Assembly: GCA_035390825.1 (NCBI GenBank)
Contig: DAOOUQ010000003.1
Span: 105,268-169,267, forward strand
Source of the DNA: Bacteroidales bacterium
GTDB taxonomy: Bacteria > Bacteroidota > Bacteroidia > Bacteroidales > VadinHA17
DNA length: 64,000 nt
Direction: 5' to 3'
Shown here: positions 40,103 to 48,923 of the stretch, in pieces
Layout: every line of letters starts with the position of its first letter
Position numbering within the stretch: position 1 is the first letter of the stretch
Notes under the pieces: model-generated
Database searches by the model: none
Told to the model about the DNA's origin: nothing
What the model saw: the letters and a program-made list of their open reading frames with translations, nothing else
Position numbers and translations under genes: made by a program

Positions 40103-40678
40103 TTAGTTTATTTTACTAATGGCATAAGTTTCAATCTCCACCAGAAGAGTTTCCCAGCATAATCTTGCCTGAATCCCTGTACTGGCAGGCAGGGGATCAA
40201 GATTCATCCATCGGAAAAATGATGTGCGTATCTTATTGAATTCCTCGTAATCCCTTTCAATATCCCTTAGGTAATTGGTTGTCCTGATCACATCATGCCA
40301 TGTCATACCTTCGGCTGAAAGAAGATTTGTGATATTCCTGTAAGTCCTCCAGGTCTGAGCTTTGAAATCACCTATATGCTCTGCCTTCCCTTCTTCATTG
40401 ACACTAGCTGTACCTGAAATTAAAAGGATTTTATAACCTCCCAGTTCCAGACGAAGGGCTCTTGTAAATGATGATGGTTTTTTATAATCATAAGCTTCAT
40501 TTATTACCTGCGGTGCATGTACCGCGAATTTTTCAACAGGAGGTCTTTCTGTATGAACGGCTGGATAGTTGTAATCTTTTAACGTCAAATCTTCTTTGAG
40601 AATCCCCAGTTTAATCATTTCAGCTTTCTCACCATCCGTGAGTTTTGTCAGATCTATCAACAGTTGTTTGTTATCCAT
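40103..40678 (-). CDS. YjgF/RidA-fold protein with a chorismatase-like ISGTASV motif
   Basis: Core sequence KILLISGTASVNEEGKAEHIGDFKAQTWRTYRNITNLL. The track start at 40717 is TTG; the first ATG (MDNKQ...) is at 40678. Confidence 0.62.
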   Translation of the reverse strand: MDNKQLLIDLTKLTDGEKAEMIKLGILKEDLTLKDYNYPAVHTERPPVEKFAVHAPQVINEAYDYKKPSSFTRALRLELGGYKILLISGTASVNEEGKAEHIGDFKAQTWRTYRNITNLLSAEGMTWHDVIRTTNYLRDIERDYEEFNKIRTSFFRWMNLDPLPASTGIQARLCWETLLVEIETYAISKIN

Positions 40679-40713
40679 TTTAGTTATATGATTTTTCTTA
40701 TTAAACAATATTC

Positions 40714-41901
40714 TCAATGTATTCTTTCACCCCTTGCCACTCCTTTTGAAGTTGCCACCCACAGGTAATCATCGCTGGCATCTACTCCGATAATAAAATT
40801 GTGGGAAATTGATGGCGACAAAGGAATCTCTTTCTTTTCACTCCCGTTTGTTATAATAGCTTTGCCGTTCTCATCATTATCATTTTTCTTATATGTTACC
40901 CATGTCTTCCCATCGAAGCTGCTTAATCCGTTATCGCTGCAGACAAATACCACCGGACCTTCAGCCCTGAGAAAGTTTATGAAATTGCTTGCCAATCCGC
41001 TGTCATGGTCAAAATAGCCTTTCCAGTTTTTGCCGTCATAGCGGCTCATTCCGAAATATGTTGAAACCCATAAGATACTGTCAGAATACGATGTTGCTGT
41101 TGTTATGTCATGGACAACTCCATCATCAGGCTGAAGGTCAATCTCCATGAAGCCATCGGGGTCAACATAATCCCTGAAATGTTTGGTTTGGGTATTGTAT
41201 TCAATAACCCCTCCGCCCCAAGCTGCTATCCATACTTTCCCATCTCCCGCCGATAATGCATATGTCCATGGTTCATGCATTGGTGCGTTCATTTCGGTGA
41301 ATATCTCCCACTGTTTTGTCCGGGTGTCATAATGGCCGGCCCCTCCTCCTGTTGCAACCCATATATCCTTTCCATAGCAAAATACATTGTATACCAGATC
41401 GTTTGGCATACCGCTGTTAAACTGATTGAATGTCTCAAATTTCCCTGATGACCAGCGACTAAGGCCACCAAGTGTTCCAATCCATACATCACCTGTAAGC
41501 TGGTCGACATCAATTGACACGATACCATTATGCGGGAGGCCGTCTTGTGTGGTGTATGTCTTCCATTTCCCATTCTGATATACGGCCAGGCCATCATGTG
41601 TTCCGACGAGAACCCGGTCACCATCAATCCTCACCGCATATGCTTTATCTGAAGGAAGTCCATCTTTTGTGGTAAAATTCTTCCAGTTTCCATAGACAGG
41701 CATTTCACCGGCTTCTTTTATCACATTGGAGCTACTTCCAGGGTACTTGTCAGAATTGTTGTGATAATCTGTGCTCTCTTTGAACTTCGCAGGGTTTAAA
41801 GCAAAAGTCGACTTTTCATTTTTAATGAAAAGAAATATTACCACAAGAACTATTCCGGCAGTAATCAGAATTGCAGCAAAATATTTGACTAAGTTTTTCA
41901 T
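40714..41901 (-). CDS. Membrane-anchored two-component-regulator-propeller (Reg_prop) repeat protein without an output domain
   Basis: 395 aa with an N-terminal TM helix and repeated GLPSDKAYAV.../DGLPHNGIVSIDVD...VWIGTLGGLSRW units, as found in the sensor domains of hybrid two-component systems. Confidence 0.7.
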   Translation of the reverse strand: MKNLVKYFAAILITAGIVLVVIFLFIKNEKSTFALNPAKFKESTDYHNNSDKYPGSSSNVIKEAGEMPVYGNWKNFTTKDGLPSDKAYAVRIDGDRVLVGTHDGLAVYQNGKWKTYTTQDGLPHNGIVSIDVDQLTGDVWIGTLGGLSRWSSGKFETFNQFNSGMPNDLVYNVFCYGKDIWVATGGGAGHYDTRTKQWEIFTEMNAPMHEPWTYALSAGDGKVWIAAWGGGVIEYNTQTKHFRDYVDPDGFMEIDLQPDDGVVHDITTATSYSDSILWVSTYFGMSRYDGKNWKGYFDHDSGLASNFINFLRAEGPVVFVCSDNGLSSFDGKTWVTYKKNDNDENGKAIITNGSEKKEIPLSPSISHNFIIGVDASDDYLWVATSKGVARGERIH

Positions 41902-41922
41902 GGGGTAATTGTTAATATGAAT

Positions 41923-43968
41923 TTATTTTTTTCGATGAAGAAATGACGCCTGGTGAATTTTTGTTTCTTTTTTGTTTTCATATTCAGGATCTCTGAGAGA
42001 TTTGAGATATTCTACCAACTCGTTGAGCTGTATCTTTGTAAGGTCATTTAATGATCCATGTTCCTCTGTTTTACCATAGATGGTCCATATCTCTTCAAGG
42101 GTTGCCGCACGTCCATCATGAAGGTAGGGTGGCGAAGCAAAAATATTATTAAGATGAGGAGTATCGAAAAGTATGGAGTCGTCTGTTGCAGCAAGAGTTC
42201 CAACACCGGCAGGCTTCATGTTTGTATAATATGGTGCCGGGTGGCAAGTGTTGCACCTGTTTGTAACAGGGATCTCATTTCCTTTATTGTCGTGCGTACG
42301 TTCAAAAATCTCCTTCCCGCGTTTCTGGGCTTCTGTAAGTTCCCCGTCTGGATTATACATAAGATTGGGAGGGTTTGGAATTCCTGTCATTATGTATGCA
42401 GTAAGCGCATCAAGATCCTTATAGCTGAAAGCCTCGGTACGGGTGAGGACGGTTGAGAACCGCATACCGTCCTGTTTATACACCGACTGGTTTTTCCCGT
42501 TCCATTTATAGGGAGGGGTATCCCCGATATTCCTCAACGACTGGGTATTTGTCATGTTCCTGCCCATATCCTTTGATGCCATGTTGTATGTAAGTCCATC
42601 CTCATGTGCGTCAGGATGGCATGTATAGCATGAATACTGGGTCTGAAAGGTACCTCCGGCGTTATTCAGCAGCCTTCGGCCGTGGCGTGCGACTGTTATT
42701 CTACCTGATCCTCCGAGGTGGATGGTGCCTTCTGACTCCAATGTCTCAGTATTTATGACAGCTATCCTGTCTTCAAGGTGCTCGGCAACATAAAGGGTTT
42801 TTCCGTCGGGCGAGAGCGACATCCCTTTGGGGTTAGCCCCGGTGGATATCCTTTTTATTACGATTCTGCTGCTTATCCCCAGGTGGTTTGCATACATTTC
42901 AAGCTTGTCATCTGTAATACCGCTTATGAGTCTTCTCACCGCATCAAGATCGACAACAGTGATTTTATCGACTCCCGAATGAGAGACAAATGCCTTTTTC
43001 CCATCTGGCGATATTGCTATGTCGAAAGGATCAGCATAATACGTATTAGGTTCATCCAAAAGAAGCTGAATTGTTCTTCCTGAAGGTTTGTTCTCAACAA
43101 TTCCTATGCCTTCAGTCATCATCCAGCCTCTTTCAACCTGTACTGTCGGAACATTGTTCTTTGGCCTTATCAAAGGGATTATTGCCAGGTCTCCTGACGG
43201 AGTGAATTCTACATTCTCCATCATATAGGCCGATTTAATGTCTCTCCTTTCGGATATCCTCTGGTTAAGGTCGTTAATACCTGTAAGTTCACACCTTATT
43301 GTATCTCCGTAAGGAGCTGAAAGAGTTCTTCTGCTTGTAACGTAAAGTAATGATCCATCATGGCTTTTACCGATCCCTGTCGGATTATTTCCGGCGGTAA
43401 GACGTTTTATTTCCTCACCAGTGGAAAGATCAATCACTGAAATATCCGATGAAAAGGAATTCACCGAATACAGGAATTTTTCGTCGGAACTAAGTGCCAG
43501 CCCTGCGGGTCCGCCTCCGGTCTTTAAGGTGTCTGTAACTTCATAGTTTTTAAGATCTATAACAGAAACGTTGTCGGACCATTGATTGCTCACATAGGCT
43601 TTGTTCCCTGATTTATCTATTATTACTGAATGGGGATGGATGCCGACCGGAATTTCTTCGGTAACTTTTTTTCTGTCATTATCGATAACCAGTAGTGAAT
43701 TTCCGTCTTCTGCTACTGCAAAGATTGATTTTCCGTCTTTTGACACTGCAAGGTTTAAAGGGGAATAATACTTTGCATTTACAATTCTGGCTACAGGGCC
43801 TGATTTAATGATGTACAGGTGACAGGAGCTGCATTTCAGAGGGTGGTCGTCAGTGGCTGTGATATAATTGACATGTTCCCTCGCCCATTTGTGGTACCGG
43901 GGATAAAAGATTAATCCAAGGACAGCTATTATCCCTGCCGGTATGATTATTTTCAGATATCCTTTCAT
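41923..43968 (-). CDS. Membrane-anchored tri-heme protein: CxxCH + YVTN beta-propeller + di-heme cytochrome c peroxidase/MauG domain
   Basis: 681 aa with an N-terminal TM helix. Heme motifs are CSSCH, CYTCH and CNTCH. There are YVTN-type repeats (SKDGKSIFAVAEDGNSLLVID, DKSGNKAYVSNQWSDNVSVIDL). CCP/MauG hallmarks are QSLRNIGDTPPY and PPYLHDGRAATLEEIW. Confidence 0.75.
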   Translation of the reverse strand: MKGYLKIIIPAGIIAVLGLIFYPRYHKWAREHVNYITATDDHPLKCSSCHLYIIKSGPVARIVNAKYYSPLNLAVSKDGKSIFAVAEDGNSLLVIDNDRKKVTEEIPVGIHPHSVIIDKSGNKAYVSNQWSDNVSVIDLKNYEVTDTLKTGGGPAGLALSSDEKFLYSVNSFSSDISVIDLSTGEEIKRLTAGNNPTGIGKSHDGSLLYVTSRRTLSAPYGDTIRCELTGINDLNQRISERRDIKSAYMMENVEFTPSGDLAIIPLIRPKNNVPTVQVERGWMMTEGIGIVENKPSGRTIQLLLDEPNTYYADPFDIAISPDGKKAFVSHSGVDKITVVDLDAVRRLISGITDDKLEMYANHLGISSRIVIKRISTGANPKGMSLSPDGKTLYVAEHLEDRIAVINTETLESEGTIHLGGSGRITVARHGRRLLNNAGGTFQTQYSCYTCHPDAHEDGLTYNMASKDMGRNMTNTQSLRNIGDTPPYKWNGKNQSVYKQDGMRFSTVLTRTEAFSYKDLDALTAYIMTGIPNPPNLMYNPDGELTEAQKRGKEIFERTHDNKGNEIPVTNRCNTCHPAPYYTNMKPAGVGTLAATDDSILFDTPHLNNIFASPPYLHDGRAATLEEIWTIYGKTEEHGSLNDLTKIQLNELVEYLKSLRDPEYENKKETKIHQASFLHRKK

Positions 43969-43970
43969 AT

Positions 43971-45407
43971 CTATTCAAGTTCAACGATCTTTTCTTTAAT
44001 CTCAGTAATATGAACCGGTATTATGACCGGATCTTTCCTAATAGCGAATGATACTCTGTTTTCGGGTGCAAATTCAGGATCTTCGTGGCATCCGACACAT
44101 CCACGCCTTTCGTTGGGACGAAGCCACAACCATGAGCAGGCCGGGCCAACCGGGTTCCCTTTTTCGTCAAGGGCCCTGATCCTGAATGGCTTGTCGGCCA
44201 TTACCTTAAGATAAAAAGATCCGTCTTTTTCGACCTTTACCACCCCATATGTTGAGTCGACTCCAAGCACTTCAATTCTGTCGGCCTTAACCTTTGAAGT
44301 GTTACCATGGCTGAAAAGATGCTCCTGGAAGTTTACGTCCTGGCAAAGGATAAGACCCGTTTTGACCATAAGATCGACTTCGCTGGGAAGCTTTTTGGGC
44401 CGGTTGTATGCTCCGGCGACGGCAACATCAATTATGTTATACCCGGGATTTTTGAAGACCTCCCTGCCAACCGAACTTTCTGACACATTGAAGTCGTACA
44501 GCCCGAAAAGGTCAGATCCCTTCTTTCGGAATGAAACAAGGAAATCATTATCAGCAAGAGGCAGGGCATATAGAAAATCGCCGTCAGATCCTGTTGACAA
44601 CTCTTTTCTTGTGAAGAGCGGACGGCTGTATTCAATCGAAACCAGATTCCCTCCCGTAAGGCCGTTTTTACCTGATTCAACAAAGATTATCCTGCCATCA
44701 TCTGTTTCGCAGGCGCTGTTCAGAAAACCGGATTGACCGGAAATGTTTTTATAGAATACATCAGCCTTTGTTCCGTCGGGACGCATCACCATGAGAACGG
44801 GGTCTCCCTTCTCGGGGAATGTTTGCGTTACGATAGTTAAAATCCGGCCGTCTTTAAGTATTGTACTGGCAAAATGCGATTGCGGGCTGAATGTAATCTG
44901 CTTAAGATCAGATCCGTTTAAACTGCAGGTATATAAACAGTGGGAATTTCTGACTGTGTCATTTATCGTATGTTTGCTGAATGTAAATCTTCCTCCCGGG
45001 AGGTAAGAAGGATCTGTGCAGTCTTCCTTCGATGAAGTTATCTGCCTGTATTTTCCATTGCCCAGTTTCATCTCCCAGATCTGCCAGATATCGCCTTTTG
45101 AAAGCTGTCCGGCGAAGATCATTGATTTGCCGTCGTATGAGATATCCGGGAAACATGCGGAATAAAAATCCTTTGTGAGGATCCGTGCAGATCCGGGTTT
45201 GTTAAGAGTGAATTCGCTGATCCTTGCTCCGGGTAAATACCGCCAGGATACCCCACTTAAATAATCCGGCGACAAAGTAATACTTCCCGGAGCTTCAGTA
45301 AGGATCAGCTTTGTTTTATTTGAACTGCTGCCTGAGCATGAAGCAAGAATCAGGCATGGAAATGTCAAATATATTAATTTAAAAAGGATTTTTTCTTTCA
45401 TACACAT
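43971..45407 (-). CDS. PD40/TolB-like beta-propeller lipoprotein with a C-terminal HzsA-like CxxCH module
   Basis: 478 aa with a lipobox (LILASCSG) and PD40-like repeats (SYDGKSMIFAG, RPDGTKADVFY). The C-terminus is CSWLWLRPNERRGCVGCHEDPE. The stop lies 2 nt before the next start. Confidence 0.62.
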   Translation of the reverse strand: MCMKEKILFKLIYLTFPCLILASCSGSSSNKTKLILTEAPGSITLSPDYLSGVSWRYLPGARISEFTLNKPGSARILTKDFYSACFPDISYDGKSMIFAGQLSKGDIWQIWEMKLGNGKYRQITSSKEDCTDPSYLPGGRFTFSKHTINDTVRNSHCLYTCSLNGSDLKQITFSPQSHFASTILKDGRILTIVTQTFPEKGDPVLMVMRPDGTKADVFYKNISGQSGFLNSACETDDGRIIFVESGKNGLTGGNLVSIEYSRPLFTRKELSTGSDGDFLYALPLADNDFLVSFRKKGSDLFGLYDFNVSESSVGREVFKNPGYNIIDVAVAGAYNRPKKLPSEVDLMVKTGLILCQDVNFQEHLFSHGNTSKVKADRIEVLGVDSTYGVVKVEKDGSFYLKVMADKPFRIRALDEKGNPVGPACSWLWLRPNERRGCVGCHEDPEFAPENRVSFAIRKDPVIIPVHITEIKEKIVELE

Positions 45408-45430
45408 ATTAAAAAGGTGAAACAGGGATT

Positions 45431-47092
45431 TCAGGGTTCTTTTACTTCAAGGATCTGGTTCGCATTGATATTTTCCAGGGTCTGGGTTTTCCCTGAAGGC
45501 CATATTATTTCTATTTTATCTACAATCTGATTCTTGCCCAGTCCGAAATGGATTCTAGGATCATTTTGGGAGAGATAACCTGTTGTTGTTTTTCTCTGGG
45601 CCAACTGTGTTTTTCCTCCGGATGTAATCTTGATCCGTGCCCCGATTCCGTCCCTGTTGCCGGAAGTTCCGGTAAGGGACAGCATTATCCAGTTATTCTG
45701 GTTCCCCTTGTTGTTTCTAAGGAATGCGCAGTGACTGTTAAGGTTGACGACAAAAACATCCATGTCGCCGTCATTGTCATAGTCGCCTATACAGGCTCCG
45801 CGTCCGACAAATTCCTGGCTGAAGTACTTCCCCAGTTCAAGTGAAACATCCCTGAATTTTCCTCCACCTTCATTATGGAACATCTGATCTTCCTGACCGT
45901 AAAGATGCTTTAATGCACCGTTTGTCTTGAAGATATCAGCCAGACCGTCATTGTCGTAGTCTGTGAAGGTTGACGACCATCCGACAAACTGGGCGGCTGC
46001 AGATGAGATATTTGATGAGATGCCTTTATCGGAATAGATTCCGTTACCAACATTTTCGTATAAGGAGCAATATGTATCGTCTGAAACAAAGAGGTCAAGG
46101 AGTCCGTCCTCATTGAAATCAGCGAAATCTACCGACATGCTTACGGTTGCTTCCCCTGCCTGGCTGAAAGCGGTTCCCGACATTGTTCCCCTGTCGGTAA
46201 ATCCTTTTCCGCCATCGTTATGCCAGAGGTAGTTAAGGGTATGGTCATTTGCGACATATATGTCCACAAAGCCATCCTCGTCATAATCAGCGGCTCCCAC
46301 ACCCATTGCTCTTCCATCTGTATCCACGATGCCCATGCGGTCTGTGACATTTTCAAAAGTGCCATCGCCGTTATTATGATAAAGTATATCCTTTTGTGCA
46401 TCATAAGCCATAGGACCGGGGAAACCGTCGGGGGCATAGAAATACTTGTATTCGGGATCAAATGTCAGATAGTTGCCTACGTAAAGGTCGAGGTATGAGT
46501 CATTGTCGTAATCTAACCAGACGGCACCCACGCTGCATTCATTGCCACCTGACACACCCGCTTTTTTTGTAACATCTGAGAATGTGCCATTGCCGTTATT
46601 TTTGAGCAGAACGTTAGTCCCGTAATTACTAATGAAAAGGTCCGGGAATCCGTCATTATTGAAATCTCCTGCCACTGCACCCATACTATACCAGGGACCG
46701 TAGACGCCAGCTTTTTTCGACACATCTTCAAACGTCCCGTCACCCCTGTTATGGTAAAGATGATTGCCAGGCAAAACAGATGGTTTTTCCATTTTGCTAA
46801 CGCCATCGAGCCATGTTCCGCTGCAGGCATAAATGTCGATCCATCCGTCTTTGTCATAGTCAAAGAAAAGTGCACCGCCGCCAGTCGAGTAGATTATGTT
46901 CGTCAGTTCATCATCACCGATTGAGTGTGTGAAATCAAGTCCTATTTCCCGGCTTATTTCCTGGAAGTAGTCATTATTTGCAGGGGGAGCCGACAATTTG
47001 TTTGTACCAGCGGGGGAGTCATTACCTGACCGGCATCCGGAAACAAGGACCCCGGTCAAAGTAATCAAAAAGAAAAAACTTTTTAGTTGCAT
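45431..47092 (-). CDS. CRTAC1-family lipoprotein (FG-GAP/VCBS + ASPIC/UnbV)
   Basis: 553 aa with a lipobox (LVSGC) and DxDxDG loops (DYDKDGWIDIY, DFNNDGFPDLF, DYDEDGFVDIY, DYDNDGDMDVF). The ASPIC tail is NNWIMLSLTG...NDPRIHFGLG...IEIIWPSG. Confidence 0.85.
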   Translation of the reverse strand: MQLKSFFFLITLTGVLVSGCRSGNDSPAGTNKLSAPPANNDYFQEISREIGLDFTHSIGDDELTNIIYSTGGGALFFDYDKDGWIDIYACSGTWLDGVSKMEKPSVLPGNHLYHNRGDGTFEDVSKKAGVYGPWYSMGAVAGDFNNDGFPDLFISNYGTNVLLKNNGNGTFSDVTKKAGVSGGNECSVGAVWLDYDNDSYLDLYVGNYLTFDPEYKYFYAPDGFPGPMAYDAQKDILYHNNGDGTFENVTDRMGIVDTDGRAMGVGAADYDEDGFVDIYVANDHTLNYLWHNDGGKGFTDRGTMSGTAFSQAGEATVSMSVDFADFNEDGLLDLFVSDDTYCSLYENVGNGIYSDKGISSNISSAAAQFVGWSSTFTDYDNDGLADIFKTNGALKHLYGQEDQMFHNEGGGKFRDVSLELGKYFSQEFVGRGACIGDYDNDGDMDVFVVNLNSHCAFLRNNKGNQNNWIMLSLTGTSGNRDGIGARIKITSGGKTQLAQRKTTTGYLSQNDPRIHFGLGKNQIVDKIEIIWPSGKTQTLENINANQILEVKEP

Positions 47093-47220
47093 AACAGGTT
47101 TAATAGATTAAAGAGCCGGATATTCAAGAATGTTGAAAAATTCAATTAAAAACCAAAACCATCACATGTTGCCGCTTTTCTTTTTTTAGATTACCTGTCC
47201 AAAAGAGCAGCGGGAAACCA

Positions 47221-47252
47221 TTTATCTAACCTGTTTACCTTGAAATCTAACC
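47221..47252 (+). promoter_or_regulatory. Copy A of the recurring intergenic element CTAACCTGTTTACCTTGAAATCTAACC
   Basis: ACCTGTTTACCTTGAAAT (47229-47246) matches 58300-58317 at 16 of 18 positions. It shares CTAACCTGTTTA with 49826-49837 and CCTTGAAATC with 49672-49681. Confidence 0.4.
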
Positions 47253-47432
47253 TAAACAATTATAAAAATTAATTGTTAAATAAGTGTTAAAAGCAAATTA
47301 AAAGGCAATTAAAAATTAGGTTGGTTAAAAACACTGCAAGAAATTTGAATGGCTGTACCAGATTACAGGCGATGATAGCTGACAAAGCAATTTTGTCCGG
47401 GAATCTGGCAATCATGAAATACAGAACCCGGT

Positions 47433-48803
47433 TCATGCGGGAGAAGGAAGTGTTACAGTCACCGTGGTTCCTTTACCCGGTTTGGATTTGATTGTTATTT
47501 CACCATTGTGATTTTTTATAATCTGTCTTACAAGTGAAAGCCCTATACCTGTTCCCTGGATCAGTCTTGTATTTGAACCACGCTGAAATGGTTCAAAGAT
47601 TTTCTGGAGTTCATCCTCCGGTATCCCGATACCTTTATCCTTAAATACAAGTTCCATATTTTTTCCATTCGGGCCGAATCTTATATCAACTGTGTGATCA
47701 GCAGAGTATTTGCATGCATTTTCCATAATATTAATTATTGCCACCTTCAGAAGGCTGTCGTCACCGGCAATCATCATCTGTGAGGAATCCGTAAGAGAAT
47801 CGTTGATGGTTATATTTATGTGGTATGAAGGATTGAATTTCTTCAAATCATCACTTGCCTGCCAAACGACCTCATCAATGCTTACCTTCTTGTTATATCC
47901 TGAAGGCCCTTCAGCACTTGTCCTGGCGATAAGCAGCAATCTGTTTGAAAGGTTAATCAGCGATTTAATATCCTCCAGAACAGAATTGAGTGCATTTTTA
48001 TATTCCTCCGTGGTCCGGTCCTGCATCATCAGCACCTCTATCTGCCCGTGAACAGATGTGAGTGGTGTTCTGAGTTCATGCGAAGCATTTGATATGAAAT
48101 TTTTCTGCATGGCAAAGGATATTTCAAGTCTTTCGAGCATCCTGTTAAAGGTTTTTGCAAGACGTCCTATTTCATCTGCCCCGTTGCCTTCAGGAACTCT
48201 GAGGTTAAGGCTTGAGATGGAAATTTCATCAACCTTATTGACGACGTCTGATATAGGTTTAAGTGCCCTTCCCGAATAAAACCATCCTGCGACATAAAAC
48301 AAGACAAGACTAAGGAACCACACTATGAGCAGAATGAGTCCAAGCTTTTTAAGGTGTAACAGACCGTCGACATCCTGAGCTGCAGCCACTACAACAAAAG
48401 GAGTGTAATTTACAGTATACATCGTCCCGAGAACTTCATAGGCCCCCTGTTTATATCTGACGTTGATCTGTGACCTGATACGGTAAAGCAGATCGCCGGA
48501 TATCAGAATGTCGCCTGCAGGATCGGAGGTGTAAACAATATCATCCCTGCTGTTGAGTATTATTATCTTTTTGCGTGACAGGTTCGCGGGATTGTCATTT
48601 TCAATCATCCTTGCGAGGTTCTCATCAGGCTTGTAAGGGTTTAGAATCAGCCTGGCTGTGCTTCTCGACTGGCTTTTCAGGCGGTTGTAGAAATCCTCTT
48701 TCCTGAAATTTGAAGAGAAGTAATATATTGCCACCGAGGAGATAAGCATTATCAGGCCACCGAGGAGTATGAACTGAAGTGTCAGTCTGGTTCGTATCTG
48801 CAT
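47433..48803 (-). CDS. Sensor histidine kinase (two TM segments, HAMP, HisKA, HATPase_c)
   Basis: H-box SHELRTPLTS, N/G boxes (NIMENACKYS, GTGIGLSLV) and two N-terminal hydrophobic segments flanking a roughly 130-aa periplasmic loop. Confidence 0.9.
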   Translation of the reverse strand: MQIRTRLTLQFILLGGLIMLISSVAIYYFSSNFRKEDFYNRLKSQSRSTARLILNPYKPDENLARMIENDNPANLSRKKIIILNSRDDIVYTSDPAGDILISGDLLYRIRSQINVRYKQGAYEVLGTMYTVNYTPFVVVAAAQDVDGLLHLKKLGLILLIVWFLSLVLFYVAGWFYSGRALKPISDVVNKVDEISISSLNLRVPEGNGADEIGRLAKTFNRMLERLEISFAMQKNFISNASHELRTPLTSVHGQIEVLMMQDRTTEEYKNALNSVLEDIKSLINLSNRLLLIARTSAEGPSGYNKKVSIDEVVWQASDDLKKFNPSYHINITINDSLTDSSQMMIAGDDSLLKVAIINIMENACKYSADHTVDIRFGPNGKNMELVFKDKGIGIPEDELQKIFEPFQRGSNTRLIQGTGIGLSLVRQIIKNHNGEITIKSKPGKGTTVTVTLPSPA

Positions 48804-48814
48804 GCTACAAATGT

Positions 48815-48920
48815 ATTTCGGTATTCGGAATTGGGTACATTTCGGAGTTCGGATTTGAGATTTCGGATTTATCTGGTCGGAGGTATAATTCCGGAATCAC
48901 AATTCCGAAATCCGAAGTCT
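48815..48920. repeat. TTCGG(A/T)-rich direct and inverted repeat cluster in the RR-HK intercistronic spacer
   Basis: TTCGG occurs five times (48817, 48824, 48841, 48848, 48862) and CCGAA twice (48904, 48912). There is a palindrome TTCCGGAA (48888-48895). AGATTTCGGATTT (48858-48870) is complementary to AAATCCGAAGTCT (48908-48920) at 12 of 13 positions. Confidence 0.7.
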
Positions 48921-48923
48921 GAA

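Noticed and set aside
40678-40717. The track starts at 40717, 14996 and 19293 (all TTG) and at 1708 and 7807 (both GTG).
   Set aside because: The track reports non-ATG codons as M. Downstream ATGs give sensible signal peptides or N-termini, so those were used instead.
43971-45407. The HzsA-like module as evidence of anammox hydrazine synthesis.
   Set aside because: There are no HzsB/HzsC, hydrazine dehydrogenase or ladderane genes, and the genome context is Bacteroidota. The resemblance is only to a heme-binding module.
48815-48920. Possible CRISPR array or minisatellite in the RR-HK spacer.
   Set aside because: The units are only 5-7 nt, irregularly spaced and mixed in orientation. There is no repeat-spacer periodicity and there are no cas genes.
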